Under the pieces are notes generated by a model. That model saw only the letters and a list, made by a program, of their open reading frames with translations. It was not told the origin of the DNA and searched no databases. 64,000 nt of DNA from Chitinophaga pinensis (GTDB taxonomy: Bacteria > Bacteroidota > Bacteroidia > Chitinophagales > Chitinophagaceae): assembly GCA_943372605.1 (NCBI GenBank), contig CALRZI010000015.1, forward strand, positions 2,432 through 66,431, in the 5' to 3' direction. This document shows positions 18,710 through 28,980 of the stretch, one piece after another. The position numbers were made by a program, and so were the translations under genes. Position 1 is the first letter of the stretch, and every line of letters starts with the position of its first letter.

Positions 18710-21700
18710 ATGGAAAATCGCTGGTTAATCCATATCCCTTTTTTATGTATTTCTCTTTGTTGCAGTATGTATTTATACGCACAGCAAACCATTCCTGTTA
18801 AACCACTTCAACCTTTTAATCCCGGCAGCCAGCCTGCTCCTATTCTCTGTAGTTTCGACCAAATGATGAGCGTTCAGCGATCCTCCAGTAATTTCCGTGT
18901 ACAGGAGATGAAAATGAATTATGATATTCAGATTAAGAAGTCGAATACCATTGATACTACCATTATTCTCCCGGTTGTATTTCATATCATCAATCAAAAT
19001 CCGAATAGTATTAGCAATGCCACTATTGTGAATGCCATCAATGATTTAAATAATGCTTTTGGCAAAGCCGGTACTTATGCAGGCAGTTTGGGTGTTGATA
19101 CCAAAATACGTTTCTGTCTCGCTCAAAAAGCACCTGATGGCGGTATTACCAATGGCATCAATCGCGTAACCTCAACTTATGGCGACAACCTAAATATGTA
19201 CACAGAGGATGATCGCTTAAAAAGACTGGCGCAATGGGATCCCAGCCGTTACATCAATGTGTGGCTCGTGAATAATATTGTGGGAGAAATCAGCGCCGAT
19301 TTCTCTTGTAATACATGGACCCGCTTAAATGCAGGTGGTTATGCTACATTACCACCCGGTGGAGGGCCATCGGATGGAATTGTTATTTCCGGTTTCGGTA
19401 CATTGTTTGCACATGAAATGGGACATTACCTGGGTCTCTACCACACATTTGAAGGGTATTGTACCAATAATAACTGCGAAACGGATGGAGACCGGGTTTG
19501 CGATACTCCACCCGATGGTTTTCCCAGTTATACGCAGGCTTGTATCAACCCAATGGGAATGAATTCCTGCACAACAGATACCCTCTCCAATTATTCCAAT
19601 GGATTCTTTCCACGAGATACGGCCGATTTTTCGCTCAACTTTATGGATTATGGGAATGGTAGTTGTGCCAACCAGTTTACGTTTGGACAGGCACTGCGCA
19701 TGCGTGCTGCCATCAATACACAAAGAACAGGTTTACTGGAAAACAAATGCAGCCAACCCTGCGCTGATAATATACTTGCCAGTTTTACCAGAAATATATC
19801 ATTACCAAAAACAGGAGATGTCATCAATTTTACCAACACCTCTTCAGGCACCAATACTTATCAGTGGTTTGTAAACGACTCTCTGGTTGGCACAAGTACC
19901 AATCTTAGTTATACATTCACAACACTGGGAAAATTTATTGTAACGTTACGTGCAACCAATGGCGGCACCTGTTTTACGTCGTATAGAGATGAAGTAATTG
20001 TTGGATGTGGCGTAATTGCACGTTTCTATCCGGATAAAAAAACAATTGCTTCAAAAGCAAATGTTTTACTCGACAGCATTTTGTTTACCAACCAGTCGTT
20101 AAATGCCACCAGTTACAGGTGGCTGATGAGAAATGATAACAATCCTGCAGAACAGGGTGTATCCACCAGTACCAACCTTCACTATGTGTTCCAGGAATCG
20201 GTGCAACATTATACAAGGCTTATTGCTACGAATGGCAACTGTTCTGACACCACCAATGTTTTTAGTGTAACTGTTTTTGATCCAACATCAGAGGCATATT
20301 TATATGTAGCAAGGGCCAACTGTTTCCAGGAAACCAAAGTACGTTTGGAACTGATCGTTTGTAACAGTGGTTACAAACCCATTCCACCCAAAACACCCGT
20401 GAGTTTTTACGACAGAAACCCAACATTACCGGGTGCTAAAAAAATTGACACCACATTTATTCTGCCCGATGGGATACAGGGGCGTTGTTGCGGCATGTAC
20501 TACACGCATATTATCGATATCGGCTATCGCCAGATTGATAGTCTTTATGCAGTCGTAGGCGATACAGGAACAGCATTGCCTATTAGTTTGCCTAATACCA
20601 TTTTAAAAGAGTTAAGTTATACCAACAATGTGTTGCAGATAAATAATATACGCTTCAGGGCAGTGGTTTCACCTACTGACACCACGCTGGAACCGGGAGA
20701 TACTTTACATATTAATGGCGGCACATTCCCAGATCCAAGTTCAACATCTACTTATATCTGGAGCGATGCCAAACAATTAAGTTGCACTACCTGCCCCTCT
20801 CCTTATTTCGTTGCTGATTCCACCCGTACCAAAAGACTGGCGGTAAGAAGTCAGTTCCAATGTTTTGATACAACATTTGTCAACATTAAAGTGCCACCGG
20901 TAAATGATTATACCGTCATCATTAATAACGCAAACTGTTTATCAAAAGACAGCCTGTCTTTGAATTTTACCATTAACAACAGTTATAAAAAAGGTATTCT
21001 TCCGAAAAATCTGCAACTCACTTTTTATAAAGGAAATCCGGATACTGATACGGCTACTATATTAGGGCCTGTTTTTATTCTTTCTGATACAGTCTTTTTA
21101 CAATCGCACACTTTTATCCGTTCCATTAAACATATTGGCACCGGAACCATCTATGCTTCCATCAACGATAATGGAAATAATATCAGGATACTTCCATCCA
21201 ACAGGTCGTTCTCGGAAAAAGATTCATCCAATAATATTTCCACTTACCATTATCAGCCCCCTGCTACGACTATCAATATTACGATCTGTAGCAATGACAA
21301 TTATATGGGATACAATATCTCAGGCACGTATACGGATATATTTACCGGAGCCAGTAGTTGCGACAGCGTCCGCATTCTGAATCTTACGGTAAACCCCGTG
21401 AAATTCTTACACAGAAATCTTGCTATCTGTCGCGGCGATTCAATTTTTCTCGGAAATGTATGGCGGAGCACCAGAGGATTATACACCGATTCTCTAAAAA
21501 CTTACCTGGGCTGCGATTCTATTGTTGTTACCGATCTTTTTCTGATCGACACACCTTACCAGTTTCTGCCAAAAGACACTGTTATTTGCAGCACAGGCAC
21601 ACTCATGATTGATGTTCCTAATTATATGAGTTACCGTTGGAGCGACGGCAGTACACAAAACCCACACAGCCTCTCACAACAAGGCACTTACTCGCTTGAG

Positions 21701-22036
21701 GTTCTCGACAGGAATGGTTGTTATGGAACCGACCAGATAATTGTTTCAACTACATTCTGTGTTGAGATCATGATACCCAACGCATTTACACCAAATGGAG
21801 ATGGCAAAAATGATGTGTTTACTGCTTTGGTACCAGTGCCATTACCGGGATATCGTATGCAAATATGGAACCGATGGGGTATGCTGGTGTTTGAAACAAA
21901 CATATCAACCAAAGGATGGGATGGTTCTCTTGGAGGCAAGCCACAACCTGCAGGGACTTATGTTTACAAGATCACGTATAAAACACCAACAGGTCAGGAA
22001 AAACAACAAGCAGGAACGCTGGTAATGATCAGGTGA
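18710..22036 (+). CDS. T9SS-secreted M43 (pappalysin-like) zinc metalloprotease with PKD/Ig-like domains and type B (CHU_C) C-terminal domain
   Basis: Signal peptide; HEMGHYLGLYH zinc motif, DRVCDTPP, NFMDY Met-turn; PKD-like FTNTS..YQW segments; terminal IPNAFTPNGDGKNDVF..NRWG..WDG..GTYVY. Confidence 0.88.
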   Translation: MENRWLIHIPFLCISLCCSMYLYAQQTIPVKPLQPFNPGSQPAPILCSFDQMMSVQRSSSNFRVQEMKMNYDIQIKKSNTIDTTIILPVVFHIINQNPNSISNATIVNAINDLNNAFGKAGTYAGSLGVDTKIRFCLAQKAPDGGITNGINRVTSTYGDNLNMYTEDDRLKRLAQWDPSRYINVWLVNNIVGEISADFSCNTWTRLNAGGYATLPPGGGPSDGIVISGFGTLFAHEMGHYLGLYHTFEGYCTNNNCETDGDRVCDTPPDGFPSYTQACINPMGMNSCTTDTLSNYSNGFFPRDTADFSLNFMDYGNGSCANQFTFGQALRMRAAINTQRTGLLENKCSQPCADNILASFTRNISLPKTGDVINFTNTSSGTNTYQWFVNDSLVGTSTNLSYTFTTLGKFIVTLRATNGGTCFTSYRDEVIVGCGVIARFYPDKKTIASKANVLLDSILFTNQSLNATSYRWLMRNDNNPAEQGVSTSTNLHYVFQESVQHYTRLIATNGNCSDTTNVFSVTVFDPTSEAYLYVARANCFQETKVRLELIVCNSGYKPIPPKTPVSFYDRNPTLPGAKKIDTTFILPDGIQGRCCGMYYTHIIDIGYRQIDSLYAVVGDTGTALPISLPNTILKELSYTNNVLQINNIRFRAVVSPTDTTLEPGDTLHINGGTFPDPSSTSTYIWSDAKQLSCTTCPSPYFVADSTRTKRLAVRSQFQCFDTTFVNIKVPPVNDYTVIINNANCLSKDSLSLNFTINNSYKKGILPKNLQLTFYKGNPDTDTATILGPVFILSDTVFLQSHTFIRSIKHIGTGTIYASINDNGNNIRILPSNRSFSEKDSSNNISTYHYQPPATTINITICSNDNYMGYNISGTYTDIFTGASSCDSVRILNLTVNPVKFLHRNLAICRGDSIFLGNVWRSTRGLYTDSLKTYLGCDSIVVTDLFLIDTPYQFLPKDTVICSTGTLMIDVPNYMSYRWSDGSTQNPHSLSQQGTYSLEVLDRNGCYGTDQIIVSTTFCVEIMIPNAFTPNGDGKNDVFTALVPVPLPGYRMQIWNRWGMLVFETNISTKGWDGSLGGKPQPAGTYVYKITYKTPTGQEKQQAGTLVMIR

Positions 22037-22049
22037 GGAAAAAGACTAG

Positions 22050-22805
22050 TTATCGCTTCCTCAAATCAAGATTTTGTAGATATGCTACCCTAAAAGCATT
22101 GATATTCCGATACTGGTTACCGGCCGCCATCTGTATAAAAGTATTCAGGTAACCAAACTGCAGATTATTATTGGCATCAAAAGCATAATTCAACCCAAGA
22201 AATAAACGGTTCTGATCAAAATAATTGTTCACGATCTGTTTGCCGAAATTAATATGGAGCTCATCATTAATAAGCGCCGACAGTTTCTTAGGCACTAACC
22301 CATCCGAATGTAGCGGAACCTGATACAAAATATTATAGCGCATTCTAAAGTTGAAAGAATAACTATCCGCCAGTTCCGTATTATTCAGGTATCGCTTTCT
22401 GTATCTTTCTTCCAGACGTATATACTGCATAAGTCTGGTTCTTTTATTTTTTGTAAACCATTGCACCTGTTGCCACGGACGATGCTCGGGTTGCGATACT
22501 GTGATATTGTCATTCGCAGGGTAATTATTAATAAAACCATATCCCAATGTGAGCCTTACATTATCATCTACAAAATAAGTAATTCCAACCCTTGCAATAC
22601 CTGTAGATAAATCGCCCACTACATCTTCTCTGGTACGCAACTGAAAATCGCCCCAGAGTCCCCATTTATTACTCAGTCTTGTCTGGTTAAAATAAGCCAG
22701 CCATACCTGCGATGCATGCGATGTGTTTTTAGGCTGCGCCAATACAACAACACTATTCAATAAAAAAACAAACAATACGATACCATATTTCAACTTCATG
22801 AACAA
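22050..22805 (-). CDS. DUF2490 family outer-membrane beta-barrel protein
   Basis: EHRPWQQ, RLEER, RYNI, NDELHIN, FDQNRLF motifs; signal peptide. Confidence 0.85.
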   Translation of the reverse strand: MFMKLKYGIVLFVFLLNSVVVLAQPKNTSHASQVWLAYFNQTRLSNKWGLWGDFQLRTREDVVGDLSTGIARVGITYFVDDNVRLTLGYGFINNYPANDNITVSQPEHRPWQQVQWFTKNKRTRLMQYIRLEERYRKRYLNNTELADSYSFNFRMRYNILYQVPLHSDGLVPKKLSALINDELHINFGKQIVNNYFDQNRLFLGLNYAFDANNNLQFGYLNTFIQMAAGNQYRNINAFRVAYLQNLDLRKR

Positions 22806-22851
22806 TGTTTTTCGGGATTGAATCTGATGATATTTTTACTTAAAACAGGTT

Positions 22852-24441
22852 TTACTGCTTCAGCATTTCCAAAGCACGTAAAACCGTTTTGTCAGTTTTA
22901 TTCTGTACTTCATAATAACCCTGTGTACGCCAGATCTGACGAGCCATCATGAGTTGTACATGCTGTAATAAATAGTTTTTGTCTTTAACCGAAGCTCCTG
23001 CTAAACGGATACTGTCTTTTGCAGCAAAGGCCACCAGTTGCTGCCATTCAGTTTCGCCCGGAGTAAAGTTTTTGAACAAGATTTCCGGTGTTTTATACGC
23101 ACCGAATTTTTGCTGCTGGCTCAGGTATAAACGATAAACAAAATTGTTCATCGTACTCTTGTAATACATCGCTGTTAATGTAGAATCAAGTCTTGTAGTA
23201 TCGTATGCCACAAATACATCGGGCGTAATACCTCCACCACCATATACAGTTCTTCCTCCAGGTGTTTTGTATGATTTACCTGCATGCTTTGTAGTATCTG
23301 CTTTTACCAGTTCTCCATTATGCCAACGACTCACCAGCTCTTCCTCATACTTCGACTTACCATTACTATACGGTTTCTGAATATTTCTACCCAATGGCGT
23401 AAAATACCTGGCAATGGTTAAACGAACGGCGCTTCCGTCAGACAACTGAAACTGTTGCTGAACCAGCCCTTTACCAAATGAACGGCGACCAATAATAGTG
23501 GCCCGATCCCAGTCCTGTAACGCGCCACTCAGCACTTCGCTTGCCGATGCTGATGTTTCATCTACCAATACCACTAATTTTCCTTTTTCGAATAAGCCAT
23601 CGCGCTTGCAGCGGTATTGCATTTTCGGCATATGTTCACCTTCGGTGTACACAATTAATTTATCGCCATCCAGAAACTCGTCTGCTATATCGGTAGCTTC
23701 TTTCAACAATCCACCACCATTTCCTCTCAGATCAAGAATCAGTTCTTTCATGCCCAGCGCCTGAAGTTTTTCCAGTTGCTGCATAAACTCCTCATAAGTG
23801 GGTTCTCCAAAACGGTTGATACGGATAAAACCCTTGCCCGGCTCTATCATGTAAGAAACGTCAACTGTAGGAACAGGGATGGTTCCACGTTGAATGGTTA
23901 TTTTCTTTTCTGCACCGCCCCTCAAAAGCGTAACCTGCACTTTAGAATCTGCAGGACCACGCAACAGTGACCTCACTTTATCAGGCTTTATTTTAACACC
24001 GGCAATAGAGATGCTGTCATCTACTTTTATAAACCTGTCGCCTACCTGAATACCGGCTTTTTCAGAAGGTCCTCCCTTCATCACTGTAACCACATTCACC
24101 GTATCACTAAATAACTGGAACTCCACACCAATACCCTGAAAATTACCCATCAGTTCTTCATTTACTTCCATCAGGTCTTTTGCCGGAATATATACTGAAT
24201 GTGGATCGAGCTTTGAGAGCAGTTCATCTGCTGCAACCTGTGTAATACTGTCCGCTTGTACAGGATCTACATATTTGGTTCTGATTAATTCAACCAGTTC
24301 CTGTAAGGCACTTCTGTTATTGAGACTGAGAAAACGACCGCCCTGCGATTTATCTCTTAACTGGTAGCCGATCATCATACCCAATACCATCACCAAAGCA
24401 AAAAGAACAGGTAACCATACCTTTAACTTGTTATTTCCCAT
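22852..24441 (-). CDS. S41 carboxy-terminal processing protease
   Basis: LDPHSVY, PDZ (GIGVEF, GGPSEKAG), DLRGNGGG, SASASEV, FGKGLVQ motifs. Confidence 0.93.
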   Translation of the reverse strand: MGNNKLKVWLPVLFALVMVLGMMIGYQLRDKSQGGRFLSLNNRSALQELVELIRTKYVDPVQADSITQVAADELLSKLDPHSVYIPAKDLMEVNEELMGNFQGIGVEFQLFSDTVNVVTVMKGGPSEKAGIQVGDRFIKVDDSISIAGVKIKPDKVRSLLRGPADSKVQVTLLRGGAEKKITIQRGTIPVPTVDVSYMIEPGKGFIRINRFGEPTYEEFMQQLEKLQALGMKELILDLRGNGGGLLKEATDIADEFLDGDKLIVYTEGEHMPKMQYRCKRDGLFEKGKLVVLVDETSASASEVLSGALQDWDRATIIGRRSFGKGLVQQQFQLSDGSAVRLTIARYFTPLGRNIQKPYSNGKSKYEEELVSRWHNGELVKADTTKHAGKSYKTPGGRTVYGGGGITPDVFVAYDTTRLDSTLTAMYYKSTMNNFVYRLYLSQQQKFGAYKTPEILFKNFTPGETEWQQLVAFAAKDSIRLAGASVKDKNYLLQHVQLMMARQIWRTQGYYEVQNKTDKTVLRALEMLKQ

Positions 24442-24599
24442 GTTGCAAATATCTGTATTTCGTAATGAAGTTCTTTTTTTGTTCAGGATGAGTGGCTAAC
24501 AGGCATTAGTAATATAATGATTCAATAAAATGGGTTGATTTCTCATTAAAATTTTCGTACTTCGTGACTTCTTGTATTTTCCGGTTTCAAAAAGATTCT

Positions 24600-25442
24600 A
24601 TGCCTGTAAGATTAATTGCTGATAGTGGTGCCACCAAATGTGAATGGTGTGTTCTCGACAACGGCAAAAAAACCAAAACCATTATCACGCAGGGTATCAG
24701 TCCCTATTTTCTTACCGGTCCGCAAATAACCGAACTCCTGGAGAAAGAACTGATCCCCAAACTCAAAAAATTTCAGGTAAAAGAGATTTTTTTCTACGGA
24801 ACAGGTCTGGCCAACCCAAAAAATGTGATCGTCGTAAAATCGGTCCTCAAAAAACTATTCCCAACCGCCAAAACAGAAGTGCAGAACGATCTGCTGGCCG
24901 CTGCCCGCGCCCTTTGTGGCAAGAACAAGGGGGTTGCCTGCATTTTGGGCACCGGTGCAAATTCCTGTTTTTATAATGGCAAAAAAATGGTGAAAAACAG
25001 TCCTGGACTGGGCTATGTGCTCGGCGACGAAGGCAGTGGGGCTTATCTCGGAAAAAAAGTGATTCAATACTATCTCTACAATACATATGATGAGGAACTA
25101 AGGGCCCGTTTTGAAAAAAGGTTCCAGGTAACACCCATGGAAATACTAGAAAACGTGTACAAAAAGCCACTGGCTAACCGCTATCTGGCATCTTATGCCA
25201 TTTTTCTTGCGGAAAACAGGGGACATTATATGATTGAGAATATTATTGAAGACGGATTAAATGATTTCTTCTTTACACATCTCTACAAATACAGGGAAAG
25301 CTGGACCCACCCTATTCATTTTGTGGGCAGCATTGCATTTGGTTTCAAGGATGTATTAAAAGACCTTTGCAATACGTATGAACTGGAACTGGGTCGGGTA
25401 CTGAAAGCACCCATGCAGGGACTTATTGAATATCACCGCTAA
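24600..25442 (+). CDS. BadF-type N-acetylglucosamine / N-acetylmuramic acid kinase
   Basis: IADSGATKCEW, ILGTGAN, LGDEGSGA, FVGSIA motifs; directly upstream of murQ; ATG 24600 preferred. Confidence 0.85.
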   Translation: MPVRLIADSGATKCEWCVLDNGKKTKTIITQGISPYFLTGPQITELLEKELIPKLKKFQVKEIFFYGTGLANPKNVIVVKSVLKKLFPTAKTEVQNDLLAAARALCGKNKGVACILGTGANSCFYNGKKMVKNSPGLGYVLGDEGSGAYLGKKVIQYYLYNTYDEELRARFEKRFQVTPMEILENVYKKPLANRYLASYAIFLAENRGHYMIENIIEDGLNDFFFTHLYKYRESWTHPIHFVGSIAFGFKDVLKDLCNTYELELGRVLKAPMQGLIEYHR

Positions 25443-25451
25443 AAAAGCATT

Positions 25452-26267
25452 ATGGCTGAGTTTATTAAAGTAACAGAACAACCATCTACTTACAGGCACC
25501 TGGAAAAAATGTCGATTCAGGAGCTGCTGATCAATATCAATAACGAAGATAAAATGGTACCCAATGCTGTGGAAAAAGCCATTCCACAGATCGAAAAACT
25601 GGTAGCTGCAATTGCCGATAAAATGCTGGCCGGTGGCCGTTTGTTTTATATTGGGGCAGGAACCAGTGGCAGACTTGGTATTGTAGATGCCAGTGAATGT
25701 CCACCAAGTTTTGGTGTACCTTATGGTTTGGTTATAGGTCTCATAGCCGGTGGCGACAAAGCCATTACACAGGCTGTTGAATTTGCGGAAGACAGTACCG
25801 AACAGGGCTGGGCCGATTTACAAAGACATTTTGTAAGTGATAAAGATGTGGTGGTTGGTCTTGCAGCAAGCGGTACAACACCATATGTGATCAGTGCGCT
25901 TAAAGAATGCCGCAAACAGGGCATCATTACAGGCAGTATCAGTTGTAACCCTAATACGCCCGTTTCAAGAGAAGCTGATTTTCCTGTTGAAGTAGTGGTA
26001 GGCCCGGAATTTGTTACCGGAAGTACCCGCATGAAAAGTGGCACAGCACAGAAACTGGTATTGAACATGATCTCCACTTCTGTAATGATTCAATTAGGAC
26101 GTGTAGAAGATAATAAAATGGTGAACATGCAACTGAGCAACGTTAAACTGGTTGACAGAGGCGTGAAAATGGTGATGGAAAAATTAAAACTTACCGAATA
26201 CGAAGTAGCCAAAGACCTGTTGCTGAAACATGGCAGCGTAAAAAAAGCTGTTGAAGCCGCAGGCTGA
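25452..26267 (+). CDS. murQ: N-acetylmuramic acid 6-phosphate etherase
   Basis: GAGTSGRLG, DASECPPSFG, GPEFVTGSTRMKSGTAQKLVLNMIST, NVKLVDRG motifs. Confidence 0.95.
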   Translation: MAEFIKVTEQPSTYRHLEKMSIQELLININNEDKMVPNAVEKAIPQIEKLVAAIADKMLAGGRLFYIGAGTSGRLGIVDASECPPSFGVPYGLVIGLIAGGDKAITQAVEFAEDSTEQGWADLQRHFVSDKDVVVGLAASGTTPYVISALKECRKQGIITGSISCNPNTPVSREADFPVEVVVGPEFVTGSTRMKSGTAQKLVLNMISTSVMIQLGRVEDNKMVNMQLSNVKLVDRGVKMVMEKLKLTEYEVAKDLLLKHGSVKKAVEAAG

Positions 26268-26278
26268 GAAAACAGAGG

Positions 26279-26383
26279 AATAAGGAATATGAAATAAGGA
26301 ATCAGGAAGGAGTTTTATAATTTATACTTTCCCCTGTTTTCGCTACTTTCTTATTCCTTATTTCGTATTCCTTATTTCTTATT
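26279..26383. repeat. Inverted pair of AATAAGG-family heptamer arrays
   Basis: Four units on plus (26279-26306); five complementary units (26349-26383) ending 6 nt before the next start. Confidence 0.85.
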
Positions 26384-26389
26384 TACTCC

Positions 26390-26959
26390 GTGATGCACGA
26401 CATTGAACCTTTTTATAACTGGCGGCATATATACGTTTCTGAGGAAGACCAGCGCTCCCCTTTTTTTGGTCGTTCTTATAGTGAGTTTGAATTTTCGCAA
26501 ACGGTTTACAATTACTACATACATCCACAGTGGGATGATTTTGGCAGCCGCACACTTTACCTGAAAGTAATTTATGTTGATTACGAATTAAATTTTGCAG
26601 TAATTGAACTGATTGGTGAATGGAACGATGCCATTGAAAACGATATCATGGAACTGAAACGGGAAGTGCTGGATCTGTTTTACAAACAAGGCATTACCAA
26701 ATACATTCTGATTGCCGAGAATGTGATGAACTTTCACAGCAGCGATAAAGAATATTACCAGGAATGGTATGAAGAACTCAGCGATGAAAATGGATGGGCT
26801 GTAGCACTGAACATGAGTGATGCCGCACAGTACGATTTCAAAAAGAAAAAACTCAACTATTATATTGAGTTATTAGATCTCCCCGAATGGCGCACTTTTA
26901 AGCCTTATCATCTTTTTAAGAAAATAGATGACACACTTCAAACCAGGATAGGAATATGA
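26390..26959 (+). CDS. Conserved hypothetical protein (Bacteroidota type)
   Basis: Intact 189-aa ORF rich in aromatic and acidic residues (YNYYIHPQWDDFGS, ELIGEWND, ENVMNFH); no function recognised. Confidence 0.7.
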   Translation: MMHDIEPFYNWRHIYVSEEDQRSPFFGRSYSEFEFSQTVYNYYIHPQWDDFGSRTLYLKVIYVDYELNFAVIELIGEWNDAIENDIMELKREVLDLFYKQGITKYILIAENVMNFHSSDKEYYQEWYEELSDENGWAVALNMSDAAQYDFKKKKLNYYIELLDLPEWRTFKPYHLFKKIDDTLQTRIGI

Positions 26960-27033
26960 TGAAAAGGGATGACTATGATTTTATTTGCAATCTAAAGTAA
27001 CTCAGCTTTCACATCCTGCATATCCCTTCAATC

Positions 27034-28707
27034 CTACCTATCCAAGTTCAGTTTGTGTTTATGTAAAGTCTCTTTTGCCAGTTCATACCCTGCATCTGCA
27101 TGCCTGATAACACCCATACCCGGATCGTTTCTTAATACTCTTGATAAACGCTTGGCCGCATCATCGGTTCCGTCGGCAACAATAACCATTCCGGCATGAA
27201 TGCTGTATCCCATACCAACACCACCACCATGATGCAGGCTCACCCAACTGGCACCCCCTGCTGTGTTTACGAGTGCATTGAGGATGGGCCAGTCAGCCAC
27301 AGCATCACTACCATCGAGCATGGCTTCTGTTTCGCGGTTGGGTGATGCAACAGATCCTGTATCGAGATGATCGCGACCAATCACAATCGGCGCCTTTACT
27401 TTTCCTCTACGTACCAATTCATTAAATGCCAGACCTGCTTTTTCACGTTCACCTTGTCCGAGCCAGCATATACGTGCCGGTAGCCCCTGAAACGCAATTC
27501 TTTCTTTTGCCATTTTCATCCAGCGTAACATTGATTTATTCTCAGGAAAAAGTTGCATGATCAGTTCATCCGTAACAGCAATATCTGCAGGATCACCACT
27601 GAGCGCCGCCCATCTGAACGGCCCTTTTCCTTCACAAAACAATGGACGTATATATGCCGGAACAAAACCAGGAAAATCAAATGCATTTTTCAATCCATGT
27701 TCCTGTGCACGGGCACGGAGATTATTACCATAATCAAAAGTAATGGCACCCGCTTTTTGCAATTCGAGCATTAACTCAACATGCAGTTTCATACTGTCAT
27801 AAGCCAATGCGATATAAGCATCCGGGTCTTTTTCCCTCAATACATTAGCAGCATTATTATCGAGCGTATGCGGTATATAACCAATCAGTGGATCGTGTGC
27901 CGAAGTCTGATCAGTGAGTACATCCACCTGTATTTTTCTTTCAATAAGTCTTTGCAATAATTGTATGGCATTGGATACTACGCCGATACTCAGTCGCTCC
28001 CCATTTTGTTTGGCTACCACTGCCCTGTCGATGGCTTCATCGATATGGGTAAATTTCAGATCAAGGTATTTTGTTTCCAGTCTTTTATCAATGCGCCATT
28101 CTTCTACTTCTGCACAAAGCGCCACACCATCGCACATGGTAATGGCTAATGGCTGTGCGCCGCCCATACCACCAAGTCCGGCCGTAACACTTAGTGTACC
28201 TTTTAAAGATCCACCAAAATGTTTATCTGCAACTGCTGCGAAAGTTTCATATGTGCCTTGTACAATACCCTGTGAGCCAATATAAATCCATGAACCTGCT
28301 GTCATCTGACCATACATCATCAGTCCTTTCTGCTCAAGCTCGGTAAAATGTTTCCAGTTGGCCCAGTTGGGAACCAATTGCGAATTGGATAACAAAACGC
28401 GGGGAGCATCCGCATGTGTTTTAAGAATAGCGACGGGTTTACCACTTTGTATCAAGAGTGTTTCGTCGTTCTCCAGTTTTTTGAGCGACTGGATGATCAG
28501 ATCAAGACTTTCAATATTACGCGCTGCTTTTCCTCTTCCACCATATACAATCAGTTCTTCAGGTCTTTCCGCTACTGCAGGATCGAGGTTATTCAATAAC
28601 ATACGCAGAGCCGCTTCCTGTATCCATCCTTTACAACTCAACTGCGTACCTGTAGGTGTTTTATATTTGGCAAAATCATAAGCTGCTGTAACAGACATAG
28701 CAAACAT
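27034..28707 (-). CDS. hutU: Urocanate hydratase
   Basis: [51 protein letters not shown] motifs. Confidence 0.97.
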   Translation of the reverse strand: MFAMSVTAAYDFAKYKTPTGTQLSCKGWIQEAALRMLLNNLDPAVAERPEELIVYGGRGKAARNIESLDLIIQSLKKLENDETLLIQSGKPVAILKTHADAPRVLLSNSQLVPNWANWKHFTELEQKGLMMYGQMTAGSWIYIGSQGIVQGTYETFAAVADKHFGGSLKGTLSVTAGLGGMGGAQPLAITMCDGVALCAEVEEWRIDKRLETKYLDLKFTHIDEAIDRAVVAKQNGERLSIGVVSNAIQLLQRLIERKIQVDVLTDQTSAHDPLIGYIPHTLDNNAANVLREKDPDAYIALAYDSMKLHVELMLELQKAGAITFDYGNNLRARAQEHGLKNAFDFPGFVPAYIRPLFCEGKGPFRWAALSGDPADIAVTDELIMQLFPENKSMLRWMKMAKERIAFQGLPARICWLGQGEREKAGLAFNELVRRGKVKAPIVIGRDHLDTGSVASPNRETEAMLDGSDAVADWPILNALVNTAGGASWVSLHHGGGVGMGYSIHAGMVIVADGTDDAAKRLSRVLRNDPGMGVIRHADAGYELAKETLHKHKLNLDR

Positions 28708-28743
28708 TTTAGGGCGGGAAAGTACAGAAATAAATGTTTGATT

Positions 28744-28801
28744 TTTTGATCTTTGATTTTTTCACCTTTCACCTTTCTCTTTTCACTTTTCACTATATTT
28801 G
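28744..28801 (+). promoter_or_regulatory. Pyrimidine-rich heptamer array directly joined to a -7 box (TATATTTG)
   Basis: TTTTGAT, CTTTGAT, TTTTCAC, CTTTCAC, CTTTCTC, TTTTCAC, TTTTCAC then TATATTTG at 28794-28801, 14 nt upstream of ATG 28816. Confidence 0.7.
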
Positions 28802-28815
28802 AAGAAACGAATCAT

Positions 28816-28971
28816 ATGGGATTACCTGTTAATAACAAGAAAGCCGGTAAAGCTGGCGCTGCGGGTTCAAAGAATGCCGCACAGGCTTCTAAATTCATCA
28901 GCAAACCCGGCACCAAAGCCGTAGGCATTGCCAAAAAGCCCATTAAAACGGGTGGATCGAGAGGAAGCTGA
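28816..28971 (+). CDS. 51-aa Lys/Gly/Ala-rich basic small protein
   Basis: ATG at 28816 with its own -7 box; 10 Lys, 1 Arg, no Asp/Glu; the longer track ORF start lies inside the repeat array. Confidence 0.65.
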   Translation: MGLPVNNKKAGKAGAAGSKNAAQASKFISKPGTKAVGIAKKPIKTGGSRGS

Positions 28972-28980
28972 TAAAGAGGA

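Noticed and set aside
18389-22036. tRNA-Lys as an integration site for the M43 protease gene
   Set aside because: The gene lies on the 5' side of the tRNA. No duplicated tRNA 3' end and no integrase were seen.
27034-28707. hutU without adjacent hutH, hutI or hutG as an anomaly
   Set aside because: Dispersed hut genes are unremarkable and cannot be judged from one window.
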